Assembly (NCBI GenBank): GCA_044440125.1
Contig: JBITAJ010000004.1
Coordinates: forward strand, 1 to 64,000
From: Sedimentisphaeraceae bacterium JB056
GTDB taxonomy: Bacteria; Planctomycetota; Phycisphaerae; Sedimentisphaerales; Sedimentisphaeraceae
Direction of reading: 5' to 3'
Length of the DNA stretch: 64,000 bases
The notes beneath the pieces were generated by a model. The model was not told the DNA's origin, did no database searches, and worked only from the letters and a program-made list of their open reading frames with translations. Below, piece after piece: positions 54,363-64,000 of the stretch. How positions within the stretch are numbered: position 1 is the stretch's first letter; the number at the start of each line of letters is the position of its first letter. Position numbers and translations under genes: made by a program.

Positions 54363-57300
54363 TTAATTTTTAACCACAATTTCTTTTTCTGTCTTTATTA
54401 TCGAACCATCCAGATATGTAACTTTAACAGTCAGGATGTGCCTGCCGTTACTTACACTGGAAGTATTCCATTTATTTTCATCACCAAAAGCAACATAAGG
54501 CGGCACGCCTTCTTTAGCAATCCATTTGCCGTCAACATAAAAATCAACAAGGTTTATGCCTGTGCCTGATGCTGTCGCTTCAAATACAACCTCGCCTGAA
54601 ACAACAGATGATTTTGGTGAAATTATCTGAACAAGTCTGTTGTCTGCATCATTGAGACATTTTTTCTCATCAGCAAGCCACTGTATCGGAGAATCAACCG
54701 GGACAAGGAATTCGGCATCAGAATCAACAGCATTAGAAAAATCGAAAATCTCCACTGCATTTTTTCCAACTTTCTTCTCAAAAGTTTCCGCCTTGAAAAC
54801 CGGATAACTATCACCAACAAAGAAATCGTGTTCATAATATGCAAGGCGGCCTGATTCACAACCATGTATCAAATCCATCTTGCCATCGTTATTCCAGTCA
54901 ACCATGCACGGTCCGCCTGAATGCCATTGATCATGTCCGTCTGAGCCTGTCCACTCTGCAAAACGCAGCCCTCGTGCCTTTAATACTCCCTTCTCAAATA
55001 CAGCCTTTGTTTTCGTGCCGACATTTTCAAGATAAAGTATATTGCCGCCGCCTAATGAACCTCTCGGGCGACCTATCATTATATCTATATCTCCATCGCC
55101 GTCCCAATCAGCAGTATCGAACTGCGACCTCCCCTTACTCCTGTCAGGCGTTTTCGATTGGAATATACTCACCTTGCTGCCATCAGTAAGGAACAATGTT
55201 TCTTTACGAGTCAGATAATCAGGATGATCCGGGTCTATGTCATAAACGACAATTGAGCCATCCTGCTCCAATACCGTTATTTCCATAACACCGTCACCCT
55301 CCCAATCCGCAATACCGGGACGATTTCGCCATGGTGTTATCAACGGCAGGCTGTTCTCAAGGAAAGGTCTTATCACGCTGCTCATAACAGGTCGGCGGCG
55401 AGAACCAACATTTTCAATCCATCTGAGTCTGCCAAGAGAATCATTTATTATAATATCAATATCGCCGTCTCTATCAACATCCAAACATTGACACGACAAA
55501 TATCCCCAGCATTTCTCAACCGCACCCTGTATCGTCGCACCCGCCTTTTGGGCAGTAATTCTTATAGGCTCATCTTTATCGTTTCTAATTCGTCCGGCAT
55601 ATTCAAACGCCGGTCTCTGATAATCACCTTTATTTCTAAAAAAAGAGATATTACCATTAACATCTGCACAAACTATATCAAGCCTGCCATCACCATCCCA
55701 ATCAACAACATCGGGAGTTGGTGAATCTGCAACTGAAATCTTACCTGAAAGCTGCTCAAGCCTTGATGGTGTCTTAAACAACACCTTACCGGGAACATTT
55801 TCGTTCAGAATCAGAAAAATAAATCCATTCCATCCGGTAAGTACAATATCGCTTCGCCCATCTTTATTCCAATCTATTGCATGAGGCTTGAGTGACATAT
55901 CACCGGAGTCATATTTATTACAACTGTAAGTATTAAACTCAAAAGATTTTCTCTCGACAGCCGTTCTCAATTTCGAAGTCTGTTTATTAACAAGAATCTG
56001 CATATCACTGTCAGCGGTACCTGCTGCAATATCGACAAAGCCGTCACCATCAAAATCACCGCAGGCCAACTGACTCCATGTAGCATTATCAAATATAATA
56101 TCCCTGCCGTCAACATCTGTGAGAGCGATATTTTTGCCGTCAGAGAATCTTACAACTATTCTCGCCCAGACACCTTCAATATATCCGCCTCTTTTATGTT
56201 TCTCCCAAACAAGAGTATCCATCCTGCCGTCATTATCCCAGTCAACAGGAGTCTCCATTGTCTTTGTTTCAACAAGCTTATCGTTCACTGTTGGCTTTTG
56301 ACGCGGCAAGAACAGAGGGTCTTTATCACTGCCAATATTTCTCAGAAGCCAGATGCCGGCATCAGTGTTATTTGCATAAATATCCAAATCACCATCACCG
56401 TCAACATCCTTTATATCAAGCCAACCGCCAGGCCATCCGGCCCATACAGGAACATGTACATCAGGTGCATAATTAAGAAGCTCACCAAGACCAAGATGTT
56501 TATCAAGTATCAAATCCCTTGCACCATCATCTGATGCCGTATTAAAATATATTTCATATTCCAAAACACCTTCAATCGTACGCCATTTGAAAGTACCGTT
56601 GCGTTTGTAGTGATCGGCTAAATTCGATAACGGCTTGGAAAAAGCGACATCTACCTTGCGAGCTTTACCTTTACCATCAATACCTGCAACTACTATTGAA
56701 GATGGATCTATAGGATTACGACTGCCTGAAAGCAGCAGTAACCTTGAGACATCAAAATCAACCCACAAAGGCTGATTACCCTTATCACTTGACACTTCGC
56801 CGCATATTCTATATTCACGATTATTAACGTGCCAGCGTCTTTTAGATATATCGCCTGATGATTTATATTTAAAAGCCATAGCCATTTCATCCGCATCAAC
56901 AAGCGACAGAGACTTGAAAGATACAACACCAGGCCATATCCTTGCGTAGATTATAACTCTCAAATTTTTCACTATTTCAGGAACATCAAGCCTTTTCTCA
57001 AAATATACCCATTTACCCTCAGACTGAAATTCCCGCAGTTCATCACGATAACCATAATCACCAACAATAGCTATTACAGCGGTGGCGTCTCTCATGTAAG
57101 AATTACTGTCAACATTCATCCACCCGCTAAGAACAAATTCACGATTTTTCTGCAAATCAATCTTACCGGCAAGATCCATCACCGCGTAAGATGCAGATTT
57201 ATCTTTAGTAGTAGCCGTAAGAACTGTATCATTGTTACCGCAATTTATTTCCCATACCGATTCAGGTACACATTGCCAATCTTCAGGCGAACTTGCAAGA

Positions 57301-57368
57301 TAATTAGATGCGTTTACCGCTAAACAGCTAAACAAAAAAATAAAGTATAAGTTGAGATATCTACGCAC
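54363..57368 (-). CDS. Secreted FG-GAP/VCBS-repeat beta-propeller protein with N-terminal CBM-like and C-terminal Ig-like domains
   Basis: GTG at 57368 after AGGAG; many DWDGDGxxDI repeats; C-terminal VDFYVDG...WNTSSVSNGRHILTV. Confidence 0.8.
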   Translation of the reverse strand: MRRYLNLYFIFLFSCLAVNASNYLASSPEDWQCVPESVWEINCGNNDTVLTATTKDKSASYAVMDLAGKIDLQKNREFVLSGWMNVDSNSYMRDATAVIAIVGDYGYRDELREFQSEGKWVYFEKRLDVPEIVKNLRVIIYARIWPGVVSFKSLSLVDADEMAMAFKYKSSGDISKRRWHVNNREYRICGEVSSDKGNQPLWVDFDVSRLLLLSGSRNPIDPSSIVVAGIDGKGKARKVDVAFSKPLSNLADHYKRNGTFKWRTIEGVLEYEIYFNTASDDGARDLILDKHLGLGELLNYAPDVHVPVWAGWPGGWLDIKDVDGDGDLDIYANNTDAGIWLLRNIGSDKDPLFLPRQKPTVNDKLVETKTMETPVDWDNDGRMDTLVWEKHKRGGYIEGVWARIVVRFSDGKNIALTDVDGRDIIFDNATWSQLACGDFDGDGFVDIAAGTADSDMQILVNKQTSKLRTAVERKSFEFNTYSCNKYDSGDMSLKPHAIDWNKDGRSDIVLTGWNGFIFLILNENVPGKVLFKTPSRLEQLSGKISVADSPTPDVVDWDGDGRLDIVCADVNGNISFFRNKGDYQRPAFEYAGRIRNDKDEPIRITAQKAGATIQGAVEKCWGYLSCQCLDVDRDGDIDIIINDSLGRLRWIENVGSRRRPVMSSVIRPFLENSLPLITPWRNRPGIADWEGDGVMEITVLEQDGSIVVYDIDPDHPDYLTRKETLFLTDGSKVSIFQSKTPDRSKGRSQFDTADWDGDGDIDIMIGRPRGSLGGGNILYLENVGTKTKAVFEKGVLKARGLRFAEWTGSDGHDQWHSGGPCMVDWNNDGKMDLIHGCESGRLAYYEHDFFVGDSYPVFKAETFEKKVGKNAVEIFDFSNAVDSDAEFLVPVDSPIQWLADEKKCLNDADNRLVQIISPKSSVVSGEVVFEATASGTGINLVDFYVDGKWIAKEGVPPYVAFGDENKWNTSSVSNGRHILTVKVTYLDGSIIKTEKEIVVKN

Positions 57369-57384
57369 GTTTAAAACTCCTATA

Positions 57385-60300
57385 TCAATTTGAAGACAAT
57401 CCAAGCCAACCGTCTGCGGTTAATTTTTGAAATTCACTAATCGTTACATCCGGGAATGAACTGCTGCTGAAATAATCATGATTGTAATATGTAATCCGAC
57501 CGGATTCTGTCCCAACCAGTAAATCCATATCACCATCATTATCAAAATCAACCATCTCTGGATGAGCACTGTGCCCATTATGCTTGCCGTTATTACCCGT
57601 CCACTCTACAAAGTTTTCACCGCCTGCCTGAAGTTTGCCTGAAGAAAATACAGGCGATGTTGACGACCCTGTATTCTGCATATATTGCAGTGAACAATTA
57701 AAACCAAGCATACCCCAATCCTGACCATAAATAATATCCAGATCATTATCTCCATCCCAATCTGCCAGATCAACTTGTGTTCTGCCGAGCTGATTGTTAT
57801 CAAATGGACATACGACAATAGGATCACTTTGCGAATCCCTTACCCAATTTTCAAGCTCTAAGACCATACCACCGGAAGTTAGAGGCGTATATATACCAAG
57901 CCTGCCGGAACTGTCCAAAGCAAGAATATTGATTTTGTTATCTCCAGTAATATCGCCGACACCAGGTCTGTTGCGCCACGGCGTCTTAATTGCACGCTCC
58001 TGCTTGTCATACTCGTATATATCTTTTATCTCATCTTCACTCAAAGCACATTCATAAAGCCTTGCTTCATCTATCAATCCGTTAATTCCTCTCGAGGTTG
58101 ATTCATCAGAAGAGCCGATATACAATCTGTCATATGACAGTGAGCCGTTAACGCTTCCACTGTAGACAAGCTCGCCATTATAATATATTTTCATCTCCTG
58201 CCCGCTCTGAACAACACCAACAAAGCACCACTGATTAAGACTGACTGTTTGAGATGACAAATGATTAGCGGATGGATAGCTGTAGTACACATCAAGCTTG
58301 CTGTCTCTTATCCTGAAATTCATCTCATTCCCATTGGATGAATTTATCAGTCGCATCATTGTATGAGGAGATGTAGTTGAAAAACCACTGCTTAAAGATG
58401 AAGGCTTAACCCATAAAAGCATACTGACATCTGTTGTTGAATCAATACTTACGTTCGCTCTCAAACATTGAGGTGAACCCGCGACAGAATTATCAAGCAG
58501 GCATCCATTGCCAAGTATGCCTGTTGAGGTCAACCCCGGTGTTCCGCCAGAACCAACCGAAGCCAGATCATTATGTCCTCCACTGCTGTCTTTAAGATTT
58601 TGCTCAAATCGCCAAAGTCCTGTAAGGTTATCAGAAGCACCACGGCTTGCAAGAGACATTACTTCAATATCTTTAAGCTCTCTGCTGTAAATCTTGATAT
58701 CATCTATCTTGCCGTTGAATCCTCGTGTTGATGCTGATGCAGCTCCGATATAGATTCTGTTATATCCTTGACCGCCATTGGTGTCTTCATGACATACAAC
58801 TTCACCATTGAAGAAAATCTTGATTACATTACGATAATAAGTTACGGAAACAAAGCTCCACTGATTGAGAGGCACTTCAACATCCGTTGTATAGTTTATT
58901 GAAGGATTAGTATAATAGACATCAAGCTTACTGTCACGAATTCTCAGATCAAGAGCGACCGCTTCTCCGGTATTGAAAAGTTTTGCAATAGTATGCGGTG
59001 CCGTATCAGAGAATCCCGACTCAAAATGAGTTGGATTAATCCAGGCCGTAACTGTAAATGGATCGTTTTCTCCAATGCTTATAACCCCGCCAAGACAATT
59101 AGCATAACCCGTTGTCTGATTATCAAAGACATAACATCCTTCAAACAATCCGCTCGCTGTGAAAGAGGGTACTCCTCCGGAACCGGCAGAAGCCAGATCA
59201 ATACCGCTGCCGCTTGAGTCATTGAAATTCCCGTTAAAATTCCAATAAGCATAAACATCTGAATCAATATCCGCTTGCTCTCTGAATCGAATACTGTCGC
59301 TGGAAAGAACACCTGCACTGCTGCTGCCGACATTTTCCCTCAGGCTCAGCCTTCCAAGACTGTCGTTAGTAATCAGATCATAATCGCTGTCATTATCCCA
59401 ATCACAATAATCGAAAGTCAGATATCCCCAGTATGTCTCCTCAGAGCCTTGAATGGTACCATTAGTTGATTCGGCATTAACGGTAATTATCTCTCCACTG
59501 CTGTCTGTAAGATAATCGCCTCCTGCAAATTGAGGCTGGCTGCGAGTTCCTGTATTTTCACAGTATACTATCTGTCCAACTGCGCCGCCTTCCATAAGAT
59601 CAAGATCTCCATCGCCATCCCAGTCAAGCATACAGGGACTGCCGCAGTCGCCATTGTTTATAGGCCCGCCATACTGCTCAAATCTAACAGGACTCTTAAA
59701 ACTCATTTGATTGGAAACCGCCGTATTCTCAAGATAATAAACGCTATGATTCCAGCCGCTTATAAATATATCTTTGTCTCCATCACCGTCCCAGTCAAAT
59801 GGAGTGCATTTTGTCGCCATCTCTTCTATCTGATGATCATCTGCCATACCACTGCCGTTATCACCGGATATAGGCAGGAATGTTTTCTCCGCATAAGGCT
59901 TACTGCTTGTAAAGCCTTTATTCAAAAGTACGACTATATAATTGCTGGCACCACTGGCTAAAATATCATCCTTGCCATCATTGTCAACATCCATCACTGA
60001 AAGCACAATCCATCTCGCCCTTTCTAAAGTAACATCTTCAAGCTGACTGTCAACTATATGAATCGGATCATCGTATATACCGCCGCTATTTAATTGAATT
60101 GTAAAGTAAGCAGAATAGTTTGGACGTACCGCACCTTCTGTATATCCATCTTCATACGCAGTATAAGCAAGCTTATCCAAATAGCCGTCATCATTCCAGT
60201 CGATATAGTATGGAGAAGAGGCAGGCTGCACGCGTTGATCATACTCTGTATATCTTACCGGCGGCAAAAATACAGGTGAATCATCATCGCCAATATTTCT

Positions 60301-60849
60301 TGAAACAAATTCACCGCCGTCATAAGCCTTTAAGTATAAATCCCAATCACCATCATTATCCGCATCAGCAATTGTAGGAGCAGTCCCGCTCCATCCACCC
60401 CAAACGGGATTCAACTCGGTATAATCATATCTGAGCAATTCACCTATACCAAGCGGATAAAAATCCGGCGGCAAGGCATGGCTGAATTTGTCTGCAGTTT
60501 CAAATTCTATTGCATACTGAGTCACTCCGCTTACTGCTTTGAAACGGACGAAAAGTCCATTCTCATAGTGATAAGCCGGAGAAGCTAAATTTGAATCCAT
60601 AACAGCGTCAATCTGTGTTTCAGACGGCAACGCATAAACCTTAACACTGCGTTGATTAACAGGATTCCTCATATCATCAAGAAGCAGCCAGCGAGGAAAA
60701 TCAATATTGGCAATTACCGGATCACCTGCACTTGAACCACTGACATTGACGACAAAACGGTACTTGTCCACTGCATATAGTTGAGTTGCAACTACTATCA
60801 CTACAGACAACATGATCTTTGAAAAATATTTTTTATCGGCCAAAAACAT
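57385..60849 (-). CDS. Secreted FG-GAP/VCBS-repeat protein with two inserted LamG domains; paralog of 54363-57368
   Basis: DWDGDGDxD repeats; two YWNF/LWRF...W[I/V]xP...QWxFV...G[K/L]ID[D/E] LamG domains; ATG at 60849 after GAGGTG. Confidence 0.8.
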   Translation of the reverse strand: MFLADKKYFSKIMLSVVIVVATQLYAVDKYRFVVNVSGSSAGDPVIANIDFPRWLLLDDMRNPVNQRSVKVYALPSETQIDAVMDSNLASPAYHYENGLFVRFKAVSGVTQYAIEFETADKFSHALPPDFYPLGIGELLRYDYTELNPVWGGWSGTAPTIADADNDGDWDLYLKAYDGGEFVSRNIGDDDSPVFLPPVRYTEYDQRVQPASSPYYIDWNDDGYLDKLAYTAYEDGYTEGAVRPNYSAYFTIQLNSGGIYDDPIHIVDSQLEDVTLERARWIVLSVMDVDNDGKDDILASGASNYIVVLLNKGFTSSKPYAEKTFLPISGDNGSGMADDHQIEEMATKCTPFDWDGDGDKDIFISGWNHSVYYLENTAVSNQMSFKSPVRFEQYGGPINNGDCGSPCMLDWDGDGDLDLMEGGAVGQIVYCENTGTRSQPQFAGGDYLTDSSGEIITVNAESTNGTIQGSEETYWGYLTFDYCDWDNDSDYDLITNDSLGRLSLRENVGSSSAGVLSSDSIRFREQADIDSDVYAYWNFNGNFNDSSGSGIDLASAGSGGVPSFTASGLFEGCYVFDNQTTGYANCLGGVISIGENDPFTVTAWINPTHFESGFSDTAPHTIAKLFNTGEAVALDLRIRDSKLDVYYTNPSINYTTDVEVPLNQWSFVSVTYYRNVIKIFFNGEVVCHEDTNGGQGYNRIYIGAASASTRGFNGKIDDIKIYSRELKDIEVMSLASRGASDNLTGLWRFEQNLKDSSGGHNDLASVGSGGTPGLTSTGILGNGCLLDNSVAGSPQCLRANVSIDSTTDVSMLLWVKPSSLSSGFSTTSPHTMMRLINSSNGNEMNFRIRDSKLDVYYSYPSANHLSSQTVSLNQWCFVGVVQSGQEMKIYYNGELVYSGSVNGSLSYDRLYIGSSDESTSRGINGLIDEARLYECALSEDEIKDIYEYDKQERAIKTPWRNRPGVGDITGDNKINILALDSSGRLGIYTPLTSGGMVLELENWVRDSQSDPIVVCPFDNNQLGRTQVDLADWDGDNDLDIIYGQDWGMLGFNCSLQYMQNTGSSTSPVFSSGKLQAGGENFVEWTGNNGKHNGHSAHPEMVDFDNDGDMDLLVGTESGRITYYNHDYFSSSSFPDVTISEFQKLTADGWLGLSSN

Positions 60850-60865
60850 ATTCCACCTCTTTATC

Positions 60866-62665
60866 TCAGTTTTTCTCGTATATTTCGGAAATATCATCAC
60901 TTTTAAGTGCTCTTTTATAAAATCTTACTTCATCTATTAAACCATTTAGACCTCTGGAACTGGAACTTGATGCCGCTCCAAGAATAAGCCTGTCATAAGC
61001 TTGCCCACCGCTAACTGTAAAAGTCTGAAATTGATCATTGAGATGAACTTCAAGAACCGTATCTTTCTGAACAACGGCAACAAAAGACCATTGATCAACA
61101 GGTATCTGAAAACTTGTCAGGTTATTGGCAACAGGATTAGTATAATACACATCAAGCTTGCTGTCTCTTATCCTGAAATCAAGTATTGAACTGCCAATGG
61201 TACTATGATAAAGCCTGGCAATAGTATGCGGCGATGTTGAAGTAAAACCACTCTGAAGAATAGAAGGACTTATCCAGGCTGTAATAGTAACAAAATCATT
61301 AGCATCAACCGTTATATCTGAAGAACTCAATGCCTGCGGACCATAGTTTATATTATCAAATTCGTAACAGCCGTTGATATAACCATAACTGTATGAAACA
61401 GGATCGCTACCAGTCCCGACTGAAATTAGATCATTATCCTGCGGACTGCTGTCATCAAAACCACCGTCAAGCCGCCAGAAACCTTCAAACCCGGTTTCAA
61501 TATCTGTATAGGCATAAATATCCAGCATATCATCATCTGTAAGCTGGCGGCGATATAGACGAACTTCATCAACACTTCCGTTGAGTCCCCTGCTGCTGCT
61601 TCCGGAAGTTGAACCCAGTACAAATCGATCGTAAGCCTGACCACCGCTAACAGTAAAAGACTGCTTCTGATCATTAAGATAGAGAGTAAGCTCTGTAGCT
61701 GACTGAGTCATTCCAACAAAAGACCATTGGTCTGTAGGCACCGTAAGACTGGAGAGATTATTACTTGATGGATTAGTATAATACACTTCAAGCTTTGAAT
61801 CTCTAATTCTGAAATCTAATATTGATGAACCTGAAGTGCTTAGATAAAATCGTCCGATGGTATGCGGCGATGTTGTACTAAAACCACTTTGCAAAACCGA
61901 AGGATTAATCCATGCCGTCATGCTGAGGGCTTCACTGCTGAGAACATCAATAGCGCCCGGATACAATGCCTGCGGACCATTATTAATATTATCGAATACA
62001 TAACATCCTTCCCTGCAGCCATCTCCCGCTACCGGATCAGAACCTGTACCAATAGATATCAGATCCATACTCTCAGGCCCCTCATCTGCAAAATCATCAA
62101 GCCTCCAATACGAATACATATCCATACCGATTGCAGTTGGCAACACAGGATTACTCTCTAATATAATCTGATCAAACCGCACTGTACCGCTGGAACCGTA
62201 ACCACGTAAATACAGTCTTATCGAACTGGTTGAGACAGGTATATAAAAATCCTTTTCAAAATAGGTATAACCATTTGTTGTAACAAACCCTTCTCCCAGT
62301 GTTTCACTGATGCCGGTTCCGGAAACCATTATTTCAGCCTTAAACTTCGTACTGTCAGTAGTTACACTACCTGTTTTCATATACCCGCTGACACGTACTA
62401 CATCACCTCCTGTCACAGTTATCAAATCACTGTAGCAATAAGTATTATCTGTCGCAGAATTCGAAGATGGAAGATCCAGCCTCAGACAGTAATCATCAAA
62501 GGCCGGATCAGCTGAATCAATAGACCAGTCAACACCTCCATTCAGGAAATTCCATCCTGAAGGAATACTTCCAGAATTCTCAAACCCTTCATTGTAAAAA
62601 ATTGATGCCATGGAGCAGGTCTTAAGAAACAACAATAATACTAAGCAAAAATACATTTTTCTCAT
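60866..62665 (-). CDS. Secreted non-catalytic-looking protein: CBM4/9-like domain + two LamG domains
   Basis: Signal peptide; GFE...PSGW, VSGYMKT and GTVRFDQI CBM pattern; duplicated WRLD...PHTIxR...RIRDSKLxVYY...DEVR. Confidence 0.8.
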   Translation of the reverse strand: MRKMYFCLVLLLFLKTCSMASIFYNEGFENSGSIPSGWNFLNGGVDWSIDSADPAFDDYCLRLDLPSSNSATDNTYCYSDLITVTGGDVVRVSGYMKTGSVTTDSTKFKAEIMVSGTGISETLGEGFVTTNGYTYFEKDFYIPVSTSSIRLYLRGYGSSGTVRFDQIILESNPVLPTAIGMDMYSYWRLDDFADEGPESMDLISIGTGSDPVAGDGCREGCYVFDNINNGPQALYPGAIDVLSSEALSMTAWINPSVLQSGFSTTSPHTIGRFYLSTSGSSILDFRIRDSKLEVYYTNPSSNNLSSLTVPTDQWSFVGMTQSATELTLYLNDQKQSFTVSGGQAYDRFVLGSTSGSSSRGLNGSVDEVRLYRRQLTDDDMLDIYAYTDIETGFEGFWRLDGGFDDSSPQDNDLISVGTGSDPVSYSYGYINGCYEFDNINYGPQALSSSDITVDANDFVTITAWISPSILQSGFTSTSPHTIARLYHSTIGSSILDFRIRDSKLDVYYTNPVANNLTSFQIPVDQWSFVAVVQKDTVLEVHLNDQFQTFTVSGGQAYDRLILGAASSSSSRGLNGLIDEVRFYKRALKSDDISEIYEKN

Positions 62666-62744
62666 ACTATTACCTCTCTTAATAATTTGAAGTCAACCAA
62701 CACTTAAAATATATAACTATGAACTGATATGTTACAAAGCAAAA

Positions 62745-64000
62745 TCAATAGCTCTGAAGCCATTGTGCTGCCATCAGAATAATGTCTGAAGTATCAAATA
62801 ATCCATCATCATTTATATCACCGATAAAAGAACCGGTAATCAAAGAAATATCATTATCATTGAAACAGGCAAGATCGTAATAATTTACAATTCTGTCTCT
62901 GTTGAGATCTGCATTACCAAAAACATCTCTTATTTGATCGGAGCTTAGAGAACGATTGTAGAATCGCACTTCATCAAGAAAGCCATTCAATCCTCGTGCA
63001 ATATTACTTGAAGCAGACCCCAATATTAAACGATTATAATTTGAGCCAGCATCTATATCAAAAATTTGCTTCTGGTCATTCAGGTATACGGATATTTCCG
63101 TTTGCGATTGCGTAACAGCTACAAAAGACCATTGATTTACAGGTATCGTAAAATTAGAAAAATTGTTCGCAACGGGTCTTCTGTAATAAACATCAAGCTT
63201 ATTGTCACGTATTCTGAAATCCAATATATCATCAGTTGAATTGCTGTTATACAAGCGAGCTATTGTATGAGGCGATAAGGTTGAAAAACCGGACAACAGG
63301 AAAGACGGATTTATCCATGCAGTCAAAGTCAAACCGTCAATATCCTTTATATCAATAACACCCGGATACAAAACTTGTGAATAGCCTTCAACACCATTGT
63401 CAAAGAAGCAAGACTGCCCTGTATAACCATTATCATCTACTACCGGACTGCCGCCGCTGCCAATAGAAACAAGATCCCGTCCATTCCCACTCGAGTCATT
63501 GAGATTACCGTTGAATCTCCAACGGCCATAGAGTTCTACATCAAGTTCTTTTGGCAAGGAAACACGTTCAATCAAAAGGTCGTCAAACCAAACATTACCG
63601 GCCGGCCCATAACCTCTCAAAAACAATTTCACCAACTTGGTATCGTATCCAAGCCGAATTGTTTTCTCCAGATAAATATAACCGTCAGTTGTTTTGAAAC
63701 CTTCTCCAAGTATTTCTGCGGTATGAGTACCGGCAAGTTCAATAGATGCGGTATATTTAGCTGTGCTGCTTACAACTTGATTTGTTTTTATATAGCCGCT
63801 TACCCTGACAACGCTGCCAGGTTCAACCGATATAAAATTGCTGTAAGTTGCAGTATCTTCAGCTGTGGAATTATCCTCAGGCAAACTCAACTTAAGACTG
63901 CGATTTCCTGAATTACTGTAATTAGAGTCCAGAACCCAATTGGAACTGAAATTTTCAGAATACCATCCACTGGGAAGGGTGCCGGTTGCTTCAAAGTCTT
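62745..64000 (-). CDS. 5'-truncated CDS: CBM4/9-like + LamG + dockerin-like tail
   Basis: The frame stays open to the window edge (DFEATGTLPSGWYS..., homologous to the N-terminus of 60866-62665); tail ADLNRDRIVNYYD...GDINDDGLFDTSD...AQWL. Confidence 0.8.
   Translation of the reverse strand, partial: DFEATGTLPSGWYSENFSSNWVLDSNYSNSGNRSLKLSLPEDNSTAEDTATYSNFISVEPGSVVRVSGYIKTNQVVSSTAKYTASIELAGTHTAEILGEGFKTTDGYIYLEKTIRLGYDTKLVKLFLRGYGPAGNVWFDDLLIERVSLPKELDVELYGRWRFNGNLNDSSGNGRDLVSIGSGGSPVVDDNGYTGQSCFFDNGVEGYSQVLYPGVIDIKDIDGLTLTAWINPSFLLSGFSTLSPHTIARLYNSNSTDDILDFRIRDNKLDVYYRRPVANNFSNFTIPVNQWSFVAVTQSQTEISVYLNDQKQIFDIDAGSNYNRLILGSASSNIARGLNGFLDEVRFYNRSLSSDQIRDVFGNADLNRDRIVNYYDLACFNDNDISLITGSFIGDINDDGLFDTSDIILMAAQWLQSY

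Noticed and set aside
54363..60849. RTX toxin or Tc/Rhs toxin interpretation of the Asp/Gly-rich repeats
   Set aside because: The repeats are DWDGDGxxD FG-GAP loops, not GGxGxDxLx nonapeptides; there is no YD/Rhs core or T1SS; the context is catabolic.

Overview
A 64-kb bacterial chromosome segment, most likely Planctomycetota (Phycisphaerae/Sedimentisphaerales-like). This is inferred from a DUF1559-type prepilin, C-terminal dockerin-like 'D[L/I]NxDxxxDxxD...WL' tails and many Cys-type sulfatases. It is almost entirely carbohydrate-catabolic. From left to right: (i) 1-155, a leftward sigma70 promoter with a boxA-like motif, possibly the leader of an rRNA operon outside the window. (ii) 271-7384, an AraC regulator with a divergent cluster of three Gfo/Idh/MocA oxidoreductases, a URO-D-fold protein, ThuA and a TIM-barrel isomerase, resembling an oxidation-elimination glycoside pathway. 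(iii) 7345-8266, a single lipoprotein gene bracketed by ~120-bp imperfect direct repeats. (iv) Aconitase. (v) 10430-45004, a ~34.5-kb minus-strand polysaccharide-utilisation locus: LacI regulator, DUF1559 pilin, 2-hydroxyacid dehydrogenase, SSS symporter, three heparinase II/III-like lyases, two members of an unassigned alpha/alpha-toroid family, three copies of an unassigned beta-helix domain, GH146/GH127, FAD oxidoreductase, three cytoplasmic sulfatases and dockerin-tailed proteins, with no SusC/SusD or TonB receptor. (vi) 45560-51187, UbiA-type phosphoribosyltransferase, DUF2723 GT-C, orphan AtpZ-like and HEAT-repeat genes. (vii) 51331-64000, a second locus with a sulfatase, an SSS symporter, two paralogous FG-GAP propeller proteins and five closely related LamG domains, running off the window edge. 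No tRNA, rRNA body, CRISPR array, transposase or integrase was recognised. All family assignments are from motif recognition by eye; no database search was run.
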